This document shows, in pieces, positions 1 to 8,803 of a stretch of DNA of 64,000 nucleotides. Location: contig JBAYYP010000003.1 in the NCBI GenBank assembly GCA_041672955.1, positions 13,899-77,898 of the forward strand. The letters are read 5' to 3'. The stretch comes from Arcobacteraceae bacterium. GTDB lineage: Bacteria; Campylobacterota; Campylobacteria; Campylobacterales; Arcobacteraceae. Made by a program: the position numbers and the translations under genes. The notes under the pieces were generated by a model, which ran no database searches, had not been told where the DNA came from, and saw only the letters and a list, made by a program, of their open reading frames with translations. Each line of letters opens with the position of its first letter. Position 1 is the stretch's first letter.

Positions 1-740
1 TAAAAGAAGAGTATTTAAAAGATGGTAATAAAAAAATGGCGAAACGATTTGAAGGCTTTGAGTGGGAAAACGAAGAAGATGCCTTTAATGATGGATTTGC
101 AGGTCAAGGTGCAAAAATGGCAAGCCAAGGTGGAGCAACTGGAACATTAGCTACTTATAAAAACTTAGAAGCTGCAGGAAACAACGGAGTTCAACTTCCT
201 ATTGTTAAAGTAGAAGATGGAAAACTTATTGGTACAAGGTTGCACTATAGTGATGGTAAGTTTGGCACAAAAACAGGACGAGCAACTTTTATGCCTACAC
301 CACAACCTAATATGCCAGCACAAGTTGCTAAACAACAAAGTAAATATAAATATTGGGTAAATACAGGACGAATCAATGAAGTTTGGCAATCAAATTATCA
401 TACAGGAAGACTAGAGTTTACTGCAAAAAGATGGCCAATGGCTCCGCTTGAAATTCACCCAAAAGATGCAAAAGATATTGGTGTTGCAAGCGGTGATATA
501 GTGCAACTAAGCAATGACTATGGAAGCACACGAGCTATTGCCGTAATAACAGATACGGTTAGAAAAGGTGAAGTATTTGGAGCTTTTGGTTTTCAAAACT
601 CAATTATCAATGATTTATGTACAGACTATGTAGATCCTGATACTAAAATTCCTTTCTATAAAGGAACTGCCGCAAATATTGTACGAATTGGACGAAGTGA
701 AGGTCTTATTAAAGATATGACATTTCAAGACAGAGTATAA
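1..740 (+). CDS. aioA: Arsenite oxidase large (molybdopterin) subunit, C-terminal part; 5' end lies outside the window
   Basis: Frame is open from position 3 (KEEYLKDGNKKMAKRF). FEWENEEDAFNDGF, SQGGATG..TY..L...GNNGVQLP, GRINEVWQ, NDYGST and IPFYKGT match the canonical AioA C-terminus. Confidence 0.85.
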   Translation, partial: KEEYLKDGNKKMAKRFEGFEWENEEDAFNDGFAGQGAKMASQGGATGTLATYKNLEAAGNNGVQLPIVKVEDGKLIGTRLHYSDGKFGTKTGRATFMPTPQPNMPAQVAKQQSKYKYWVNTGRINEVWQSNYHTGRLEFTAKRWPMAPLEIHPKDAKDIGVASGDIVQLSNDYGSTRAIAVITDTVRKGEVFGAFGFQNSIINDLCTDYVDPDTKIPFYKGTAANIVRIGRSEGLIKDMTFQDRV

Positions 741-760
741 TTTTATAAATCAAAATATTA

Positions 761-786
761 TTATATACCGCAACTGCGGTATATAA
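761..786 (+). terminator. Perfect 11-bp hairpin after aioA (terminator or mRNA-stabilising stem)
   Basis: TTATATACCGC-AACT-GCGGTATATAA; no clear U-tract. Confidence 0.5.
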
Positions 787-843
787 CAGAGTTACAGGTA
801 TTATTTTTTATCAATAATTATTATTTTATATAAGGAGGAGAAA

Positions 844-1686
844 ATGGATTTATTATGGGACATTCGAGTTGTACTTGATTTATTCTTAGGAGGAATTGGA
901 ATTGGGGCATTTATACTTGCTGCAATTTTATATACCATTGACGCACAAAAATACAAAATTGTATGCAAAACAGGGTTTATATTAGCGCCTATTTTGGTCT
1001 CAATTGGGCTTATTTTTCTGCTACTAGAAATTGGAAGACCTTTTCATGCAATTATTATGCTGATTTCGGTTAATCCAACTTCTATTTTATCATGGGGTGG
1101 ATTTATCCAAGGTGGTTTTATTCTCTTAGCTATTTTAATAGCATATAAAGTAGTTAAAAAACAATCTATTTCAAATGCAGTGCTTTTCATTACAATGACA
1201 TTGGCTTTTATTGTAGGTATTTATCATGGGGCATTGTTATCAAGTTTAGGGCGTTCTGTTTGGAACTCATCATTACCTGTGTTATTTCTATCAACATCAC
1301 TTGTAACAGGGTTCTTAACTACAATGCTTATTGCAAAACTTTACAAACAAGAAGATGTAACTAACAAATTAGTAAAAGGAAGTATGATTGTCTTTTTATT
1401 AGTCTCTTTTACATCTATAATTGGTTGGATATATGGGCTTATGTCTCAAGATGAGGTCTCAAAAGAAGGATTTGCTTTTTTAATGAATGACTACTTCTTA
1501 CTGTTGGTTATTGCTATACTTTTTGGAATGCTTTTGCCTATTGCTTTATATATTAAGTCATTATTTGCAAAGGCACATTTAACAAATATTGAACTAAAAG
1601 TGGCAACGGTTTCATCGTTAGTTGGTATATTTGCATTGAAATATGTGGTGGTTTACTTAGGTCAATTAGAGTATTTAGTGAAATAA
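844..1686 (+). CDS. arrC: NrfD/PsrC-family membrane anchor (ArrC-like)
   Basis: About 8 hydrophobic helices; LFLGGIG, EIGRPF and SILSWG motifs of the NrfD family; strong RBS AAGGAGG; sits just upstream of arrAB. Confidence 0.8.
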   Translation: MDLLWDIRVVLDLFLGGIGIGAFILAAILYTIDAQKYKIVCKTGFILAPILVSIGLIFLLLEIGRPFHAIIMLISVNPTSILSWGGFIQGGFILLAILIAYKVVKKQSISNAVLFITMTLAFIVGIYHGALLSSLGRSVWNSSLPVLFLSTSLVTGFLTTMLIAKLYKQEDVTNKLVKGSMIVFLLVSFTSIIGWIYGLMSQDEVSKEGFAFLMNDYFLLLVIAILFGMLLPIALYIKSLFAKAHLTNIELKVATVSSLVGIFALKYVVVYLGQLEYLVK

Positions 1687-1696
1687 AGGATAGAGT

Positions 1697-4222
1697 ATGC
1701 AAAATTTAAACAGAAGAGATTTTATAAAATTAAGTGCTGCAAGTGCAACAGCTGTAGGAATTGCTAGTGTTCCTTTTGTGAGTGCTAATGAGACAAAAAT
1801 AAGTGGTGAGTTAGGAAAATGGATTGCAACAACTTGTCAAGGCTGTACTAGTTGGTGTAGTGTTGAGGGTTATGTTTTAGATGAGAAAATAATCCGTGTA
1901 AGAGGAAATGCAAACGCAAAAGGAAATCACGGAAATATCTGTCCACGACCACATTTAGCAATTCAACAAGTGTATGATAAAGATAGAGTAAAAACACCAT
2001 TAAAACGAACTAATCCTAAAAAAGGAAGAAACGAAGACCCAATGTTTGTTCCTATTTCATGGGAAGAAGCAACCGATACTATTGCTGAAAAAATTATGGA
2101 GTTAATTAATAATGATGAGTCGCATAAATTTTGTTTATTGCGTGGACGATATACGCATATGAATGAAATCCCATATGCTACTTTTCCAAAACTAATTGGA
2201 AGTCCTAATAATATTTCACATAGTGCTATTTGTGCAGAAGCTGAAAAATTTGGACGCTACTATACAGAGGGTTTTTGGGATTATGCTGACTTTGATTTAG
2301 AAAATACAAAATATGTTTTAGGTTGGGGTGCTGATCCATTAGCATCAAACCGACAAGTGCCACATTTTATTAATATTTGGGGACATGTAAGAGACAACGC
2401 AACTATTACTATTATTGACCCACGACTTTCAGCAACTGCTGCAAAAGCTCATAAATGGCTTCCTATTATTCCAGGAGCAGACAGTGCCTTAGCCGTTGCA
2501 ATGGCTCATGTTATTTTATCACAAGGTGTTTGGAACAAAGAGTTTGTTGGAAATTTTAAAGATAGAAAAAACCAATTCGTTGTAGGTCAACAAGTAAAAA
2601 ATGAAAATGATTTTAATGAAATTCATACTAATGGTGTTGTTAAATGGTGGAATTTAGAACTGTTTGATAAAACGCCACAATGGGCAGAAGAGATTACAGG
2701 AATTAGTGCTAAAGATATTATTAAAACAGCACTTGATTTTGCAAATGCTGGAAGCAGAGCTATTTCATGGGTAAGTCCAGGTGCTGCTATGCAAGTTCGT
2801 GGTGCATATGCTTCAATGGCAGCACATGCGTTAAATGGGCTTGTGGGTTCAGTAGATGCAGTTGGTGGAATTTTACAAGGAAGTTCAGTACCTAGTGCTA
2901 AAGCTCCTGATGTTCAACCATATTTAAGTGAAAAAATTGCTAAAGCACTAAAACAGAAAAAAATTGACCAAAGAGGAACTTCTTTATTTCCAGCACTGAA
3001 GAAAAAAAGTGGTGGTGGGGTTGTTACTGCAAATGTTGCTAATGCTATTTTAGATGGTGACCCTTATGATATTAAAGTAGCCCTTGGCTATTGGAATAAT
3101 CCTGCATTTTCAGTAAATGGAACTGATGTTTGGGAAAGAGCTTTATCTAAGCTTCCATTTTTTGCACATATTACTACTAATATTGCAGAAACAACTATGT
3201 TTGCAGATATTGTTTTACCTGCAAAAATGCATATGTTTGAACGATATGGATTTTCTAAAAATAAACAAAACTTACACAGTTACTTAACTATTCATCAGCC
3301 ATTAGTTAAAACTTTAGGTGATGCTAAAACAGATGAAACAGAAGTAATGTGGCTTATTTGTGAGTCATTGGCTAAAAAAGGGTATGACACTCCATTGAAA
3401 TATTACAAAGAGAACTTTAAAGACCCAGAAACAGGAAAAGAGCCAACAACTGCAGAAGAGTTTGATTTGTATGCCGTTAAAACACTGACTAAACCAATTT
3501 GGGACGGAAGCAGCAATGATAAGGGTGATAGTATAAATAGTTGGGATGAACTACTTGAAAAAGGAGTTTGGAATACTAAAAAATTTGTTCCTGGTAAAAA
3601 AATAGATAATTTCAGTACTAAAAGTAAAAAATTTGAATTTTTCAGTTTAACTCTTAAATCAGTACTTGAAGAGCATGTAGAGAAAAATAAGTTAGCAAAT
3701 GTTGATGAAGCAATGGAATATGCAAATATTACAGCACGAGGTGAGAGAGTTTTTGTACCTCACTATGAGCCAATTGTACGACACGGAGATGAAAAAGAGT
3801 TTCCGCTTATTTTTGCAGAGCATCGTTCACGACTTAATAGAGAAGGGCGAAGTCAAAATGTTCCTTGGTATTATGAGATTAAAGATGTTGACCCAGGTGA
3901 TGAATCTAACGAAGATGTAACTAAAATCAACCCAATTACTGCAAAACAGTATGGCTTAAAAGATGGAGATAAAGTAAAAATAACATCACTTCAAGGAAGT
4001 ATTGAAAGTGTTATTAAACTTTGGGAAGGAACAAGACCAGGTGTTGCTATTAAATGTTTTGGGCAAGGACACTGGGCGTATGGCACGGTTGCTAGTGAAA
4101 CATTTGGGCAAAAACCACGAGGTGGAAATAATAATACCATTCATATACATGAATATGACCGTTTAAGTGGAAGTACCGCAAGACACGGTGGAACTGCTAG
4201 AATTAAAATAGAAAAAATATAA
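1697..4222 (+). CDS. arrA: Respiratory arsenate reductase catalytic subunit
   Basis: Tat signal NRRDFIK; TTCQGCTSWC...CPR 4Fe-4S motif; RTNPKKGRNEDP; ArrA-type RGRY motif; GSPNNISHSAICAEAEK. Confidence 0.88.
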   Translation: MQNLNRRDFIKLSAASATAVGIASVPFVSANETKISGELGKWIATTCQGCTSWCSVEGYVLDEKIIRVRGNANAKGNHGNICPRPHLAIQQVYDKDRVKTPLKRTNPKKGRNEDPMFVPISWEEATDTIAEKIMELINNDESHKFCLLRGRYTHMNEIPYATFPKLIGSPNNISHSAICAEAEKFGRYYTEGFWDYADFDLENTKYVLGWGADPLASNRQVPHFINIWGHVRDNATITIIDPRLSATAAKAHKWLPIIPGADSALAVAMAHVILSQGVWNKEFVGNFKDRKNQFVVGQQVKNENDFNEIHTNGVVKWWNLELFDKTPQWAEEITGISAKDIIKTALDFANAGSRAISWVSPGAAMQVRGAYASMAAHALNGLVGSVDAVGGILQGSSVPSAKAPDVQPYLSEKIAKALKQKKIDQRGTSLFPALKKKSGGGVVTANVANAILDGDPYDIKVALGYWNNPAFSVNGTDVWERALSKLPFFAHITTNIAETTMFADIVLPAKMHMFERYGFSKNKQNLHSYLTIHQPLVKTLGDAKTDETEVMWLICESLAKKGYDTPLKYYKENFKDPETGKEPTTAEEFDLYAVKTLTKPIWDGSSNDKGDSINSWDELLEKGVWNTKKFVPGKKIDNFSTKSKKFEFFSLTLKSVLEEHVEKNKLANVDEAMEYANITARGERVFVPHYEPIVRHGDEKEFPLIFAEHRSRLNREGRSQNVPWYYEIKDVDPGDESNEDVTKINPITAKQYGLKDGDKVKITSLQGSIESVIKLWEGTRPGVAIKCFGQGHWAYGTVASETFGQKPRGGNNNTIHIHEYDRLSGSTARHGGTARIKIEKI

Positions 4223-4234
4223 AGGAGGTGTGAA

Positions 4235-4936
4235 ATGGCAAAAAAATTTGGAATGGTAATTGATTTACATAAATGTGTAGGTTGTGGAGCCTGTGATTTA
4301 GCTTGTAAAAGTGAAAACAACACTCCTGAAGGAATTTATTGGTCAAAACATGAAATAGAAACATCGGGTGTTTTCCCAGATGTGGCATATAAATATAGAC
4401 CAACGCTTTGTAATCATTGTGAAGATGCACCATGTATTAGATCTTGTCCAACAACTGCAATGCATAAAGATGAAGAAACTGATATTACTTTGCATGACGC
4501 AGATAAATGTATTGGGTGCAAAAGTTGTATTTTAGCGTGTCCATATGATGTAATTTCGTACAATGCAAGACAACCTCACTTAGCTCAAAGAGATAATTCA
4601 GAGCTTGTAACTGGAGGTACATTTAGTGCTAAAGAGTTAGGAGATAAAACTAATACCCCTTATCCTTATTACAATGCAGAACGAGGTAAAACCTATGCTA
4701 GTATTAGAGACAAAGGCGTTGTTGAAAAGTGTAATTTTTGTGATCACCGTGTAAAAGCAGGGTTACTACCACATTGTGTAGATTCTTGTCCAGCAGATGC
4801 ACGAATTTTTGGTAATTTAAATGATGAAAATTCAGCACCTAGTTTGTTGTTGGCAAAATATCCAGCAGAGGTGTTAAAAGCACACAAAGGAACAAAACCT
4901 AAAGTATTTTATATAAGAGATTTCGCAAAGGTATAA
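4235..4936 (+). CDS. arrB: Arsenate reductase 4Fe-4S subunit
   Basis: Four Cys clusters (CVGCGAC, CNHCEDAPC, CIGCKSC, CNFC); KGVVEKC and GTKPKVFYIR; follows arrA. Confidence 0.88.
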   Translation: MAKKFGMVIDLHKCVGCGACDLACKSENNTPEGIYWSKHEIETSGVFPDVAYKYRPTLCNHCEDAPCIRSCPTTAMHKDEETDITLHDADKCIGCKSCILACPYDVISYNARQPHLAQRDNSELVTGGTFSAKELGDKTNTPYPYYNAERGKTYASIRDKGVVEKCNFCDHRVKAGLLPHCVDSCPADARIFGNLNDENSAPSLLLAKYPAEVLKAHKGTKPKVFYIRDFAKV

Positions 4937-4937
4937 G

Positions 4938-4972
4938 AATAGAGGGGGGCAGTTAGTTTCCCCACCTCTATT
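4938..4972 (+). terminator. Hairpin terminating the arr operon
   Basis: AATAGAGG(GGG)...(CCC)ACCTCTATT inverted repeat directly after the stop codon. Confidence 0.6.
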
Positions 4973-5152
4973 ACATGAAAATTAAGTGGTAAACACTAGA
5001 CACAAAAGATTCAAAAAGTAGCAAAAGTATCAAAACAAACATAAAGATATAAAAACTCATATCAAAAAAGTTACAAATAAATCGTTTAATGGGTATACTT
5101 TGCCTATTAAAAATAAATGAAGATTTTGTTAAAAGATAAGAGGAAATGAGTT

Positions 5153-6211
5153 ATGAGAAAAATAGTAGGTTTAATTTTTACATTTGTATTGGCTTTTGCA
5201 ATAGTTGGTTGTGAAGAGAGTAAAACTGATGTAACTGTTAGTACATATGAGATTGCTATGATTCTTGATATTGGCACAATTGAGGACAACTCGTTTAATC
5301 AAGGAATTTGGGAAGGCATAGTGGATTATGCAAGCAAAAATAAGATTACTCATAAATATTATAAAACGGCAAAGCAAAGCACAGATGATTACCTTGCTGC
5401 AATTAAAATTGCAGTAGACGATGGAGCAAAAATTGTTGTAACTCCTGGCTTTTTGTTTGAAGAAGCTATTACTTTAGCTCAAAACTTGTATCCTAAAGTT
5501 AACTTTATATTAATTGATGGACATCCTACTACAACTAACAATAATACTCTTGGTATTAAATTTTCTGAAGAACAAGCGGGATACTTAGCGGGATATTCTG
5601 CAGTAATTGAAGGCTACACAAAGCTGGGGTTTTTAGGTGGAATAGAAGTACCTGCTGTTGTTCGATACGGTTATGGATTTGCACAAGGTGCGCAAGCAGC
5701 AGCAGCTGAGTTAGGCATTGAGAATATTGACTTAAAATATCACTATGCAGGTGGATTTGAAGCAACACCAAATGCACAAGCACTTGCAGCTTTTTGGTAT
5801 GCAGATGATACAGAAATTATATTTGTTTGTGCAGGAACTATAGGAAACTCCACTATGACAGCAGCGCAATTGGCAAATAAAAAGGTTATTGGCGTTGACG
5901 TTGACCAAAGTTCACAATCAGCGACTGTGATTACTTCTGCCATGAAAAGTCTTGCTTTTTCTGTTCAAAATGCATTGGCACTGTACTATGCAGGTAATTT
6001 TCCTGGTGGTAAATCTTTGATTTATGACGCCAGTTCAAATGGAATAGGACTTGCTATGGATACTTCTACGTTTAAAATATTTACTCAAGACAATTACGAC
6101 AGAGTCTTTGGAAAATTAGCAGCAGGTGAGATTACAATACAAAATGATAAGGATGTAAATACGCCAAATCAACTTCCACTCTCTCTTGTTAATATCATTT
6201 TTATAGAATAG
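5153..6211 (+). CDS. BMP/PnrA-family (nucleoside-binding) lipoprotein
   Basis: Lipobox IVGC; DIGTIEDNSFNQGIWEG, FSEEQAGYLAG, IGVDVDQ and TSAMK motifs. Confidence 0.85.
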   Translation: MRKIVGLIFTFVLAFAIVGCEESKTDVTVSTYEIAMILDIGTIEDNSFNQGIWEGIVDYASKNKITHKYYKTAKQSTDDYLAAIKIAVDDGAKIVVTPGFLFEEAITLAQNLYPKVNFILIDGHPTTTNNNTLGIKFSEEQAGYLAGYSAVIEGYTKLGFLGGIEVPAVVRYGYGFAQGAQAAAAELGIENIDLKYHYAGGFEATPNAQALAAFWYADDTEIIFVCAGTIGNSTMTAAQLANKKVIGVDVDQSSQSATVITSAMKSLAFSVQNALALYYAGNFPGGKSLIYDASSNGIGLAMDTSTFKIFTQDNYDRVFGKLAAGEITIQNDKDVNTPNQLPLSLVNIIFIE

Positions 6212-6220
6212 AATAATAGA

Positions 6221-8776
6221 TTAAAATAGTTTACTTGAAGACTCTTTATGGGATACACAAATTAAATCTGTAATTTTTTGAGCATTGACACAAAAATTTC
6301 CATTTTTTTCAATTAAAAAAAGGTCTTGAGCTTTACCACGACTGGTATAAATTTTAGCACTCTCAATTTCTATATTAAAATCATCAAAAATTTTAGCAAT
6401 ATGGGCTAATAGACCTTTTTGATCTTTTGTTTTTACCTTCATAGAGGCTAAATATTGGGTGTGATTACAATCTATTTGAATTTCATTTTTTTTAATTTCT
6501 GGAATTACTGTTTTGGTGCTTTTACTCATATCAAAAGAGTTTTGAATGACATCTTCTATAAAAGGAAGATTGATGTCATTTACCTTTTCACTAAACGTTA
6601 TTTCAAAGCATTTTTTATTGTCAAAGAGTTTAAAAATATTCATAGAGGCAATATTTAGAAATTCAAATTTTCCCAATAAATACCCTAAATTCAGAGGAAT
6701 AGCTCGAATAATTCTTAGAGTTAAAACTTCTTTATTGATTATTTTATAAGTATAGGTGTTGACCTCTTTTGCTTTTATGGCTAAATCCAAAATATCACTG
6801 GCTTTAAGTTGTAAAAAGATTTGATTGGAATCTATGTTGAGGATTTTCTTTTTCATTAGTAGAGGTAAAGCATTAAATTTATCGAGTTTTCTAATGCTGT
6901 TTATTTTAGCAACTCTTCTGGCACTTTCATTTAAAAGATCGGCATTGTCAAATGCTTGAAGACTTTGCAGATACAACTCTTTAAGCAGCGATGCAATTGA
7001 ACTGCTGTAGATTTGTTTTCCAACAGCAGAAATATCGGCATAGGTAACTAAGTATAAAATATCTAAAGTCAGTTGGTTTTTTAAATTTGCAGTAAAGGCT
7101 AAAATAACTTTTTGAGAATATATGTCTTCATTGGTTGCAACACGGCTCATAAGATTATGATAACGAATAATACGAGCTATTATTAGTGTCTCTTCACTTT
7201 CAAAGCCTAAAGAACGTGCCATATTTTTAAAGAGTTTTTCTCCTGCTATGTGGTGGTCTGTTTTTCTTCCTTTTCCAATATCATGAAATAAAGATGCAAT
7301 TTTTGCCCAAGATTGTTGTTGAGCTGATAAGTTATTGTAAATATTTAAAACAAAAATATCTTCAATGTTTTCAATAAATTTCAAGGTATTAATAGAGTGA
7401 ATATCAACGGGTTGTTGATGATAGCCATCAAACTGAGGCAAATTTATTATTCTTTTTGTACTAGGAATAAGTGTTTGAAATAAATTAGCATTGTAAAAGA
7501 GTTTTATAATAGGGTATAACTGCGATGTATACAAAATGGATGTAATTAATTTTTTGTGTTCTTGCCCTAATTTATTGGGCAAAATAGCTTGACTAATATA
7601 ATAAACATAAGAATGGTCAAAACTTTTAATATTTGAAGGTAAGAGCAAGAGTTCTTTTAAAATAGTAAGAAGAAAATTGGGTTTTTGGTGAAAGGAAGTA
7701 AAAAGTTTGTTGTTAATACTATAAATATTTTTTCGTAAACGAAAGGTTTTTAGTAAAGCAATATTAGAGTACGAAGCAGTAACTTCACGGGTAAATTTTT
7801 TGATCATAATTGAGGTGAAAAAATGAACAGCGTGCAAAGAGTTAAAGAGTTTGGACATAAACTGTCTCTCTTTTGTAGCTCGTGGACGATTTAAAAAACC
7901 CATTTTCTGACTAAGTTCTGGAAGCATATCAAAATGAACTTGGTCAAGTTTTTTCTTAGCAACAGAGTGTAAAACATTTCTAACTTGAAAAATAAACTCT
8001 AAAGAAACTCTATATTTACGATACTCCTCTTCTGTAAAATGAATACCAATAAGGTTTTTTACATCATTAACTCCATATAAAACATTGGCAATCCAAAAGA
8101 GCATATTGGCTTCTCTCATTCCTCCATAACCATCTTTAATATTGGGTTCCATTCTTAACGGATATTTTGAAAGTCGTTGTTTATGCTCTTCTACTTTTTC
8201 TAAAATAAATTTCTGTTTGTTGGTTTGTCTGACTTTACTTAAAACAGTTTGATATTCTAACCAAAGGTGCTTTGAGCCAAAAATCATACGAGACTCTATT
8301 AACGAAGTTTTAATAGTAAGCTCTTCTTTAACAGAAGCTTCTATGTCATAAAGCTCGTGAACTCTTGAACCCAGTTTTAACCCACAATCCCAAGCAAGAG
8401 TGATAAACTCTTCAATTAAAGGGTTAAGATTATAACCTGCAATATTTTCATACAAAATCATTAAATCAATATCGGAATAAATGCACAACTGTTCTCTGCC
8501 ATAACTTCCTAACGCTACAAGAGTAATTGGAACAGAGTTTCCTATGGGTAAATAGGAACCAAAATATTTTTGCAACATATATTTGTATAAAACAATTACA
8601 AAGGCATCTATTTTTTTGGTGTGTTGTATGAAAAATTCTTTTCCTGCTGTAGTTTCTAAAATAGTCTCTGTTGAGCTAAGATATTTTTTTATACTGTGTT
8701 TAAAAAGTTGGGAAATCTCAAAGTCATTGGCTTTTTTTGCTATTAAATCTTCAATTTGTAAGGTAAGTTCAATCAT
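6221..8776 (-). CDS. glnD: PII uridylyltransferase / uridylyl-removing enzyme
   Basis: ALGSYGREQL..SDIDL nucleotidyltransferase motif; EPNIKDGYGGMR; HD domain HDIGKG; C-terminal ACT domain; close to glnB. Confidence 0.85.
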   Translation of the reverse strand: MIELTLQIEDLIAKKANDFEISQLFKHSIKKYLSSTETILETTAGKEFFIQHTKKIDAFVIVLYKYMLQKYFGSYLPIGNSVPITLVALGSYGREQLCIYSDIDLMILYENIAGYNLNPLIEEFITLAWDCGLKLGSRVHELYDIEASVKEELTIKTSLIESRMIFGSKHLWLEYQTVLSKVRQTNKQKFILEKVEEHKQRLSKYPLRMEPNIKDGYGGMREANMLFWIANVLYGVNDVKNLIGIHFTEEEYRKYRVSLEFIFQVRNVLHSVAKKKLDQVHFDMLPELSQKMGFLNRPRATKERQFMSKLFNSLHAVHFFTSIMIKKFTREVTASYSNIALLKTFRLRKNIYSINNKLFTSFHQKPNFLLTILKELLLLPSNIKSFDHSYVYYISQAILPNKLGQEHKKLITSILYTSQLYPIIKLFYNANLFQTLIPSTKRIINLPQFDGYHQQPVDIHSINTLKFIENIEDIFVLNIYNNLSAQQQSWAKIASLFHDIGKGRKTDHHIAGEKLFKNMARSLGFESEETLIIARIIRYHNLMSRVATNEDIYSQKVILAFTANLKNQLTLDILYLVTYADISAVGKQIYSSSIASLLKELYLQSLQAFDNADLLNESARRVAKINSIRKLDKFNALPLLMKKKILNIDSNQIFLQLKASDILDLAIKAKEVNTYTYKIINKEVLTLRIIRAIPLNLGYLLGKFEFLNIASMNIFKLFDNKKCFEITFSEKVNDINLPFIEDVIQNSFDMSKSTKTVIPEIKKNEIQIDCNHTQYLASMKVKTKDQKGLLAHIAKIFDDFNIEIESAKIYTSRGKAQDLFLIEKNGNFCVNAQKITDLICVSHKESSSKLF

Positions 8777-8803
8777 AAAAATAAACTTTATTCATAGATA
8801 TTT

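Noticed and set aside
1-740. Iodate reductase IdrA, or a complete 234-aa protein
   Set aside because: The frame is open to the window edge, EEDAFNDGF and GNNGVQLP fit canonical AioA, and no idrP peroxidases follow. Not fully excluded without a tree
1697-4222. ArxA (anaerobic arsenite oxidase) or PsrA
   Set aside because: Has the ArrA-type RGRY motif rather than the ArxA GRGWG motif, plus ArrA-like CQGCTSWC and SHSAICAE
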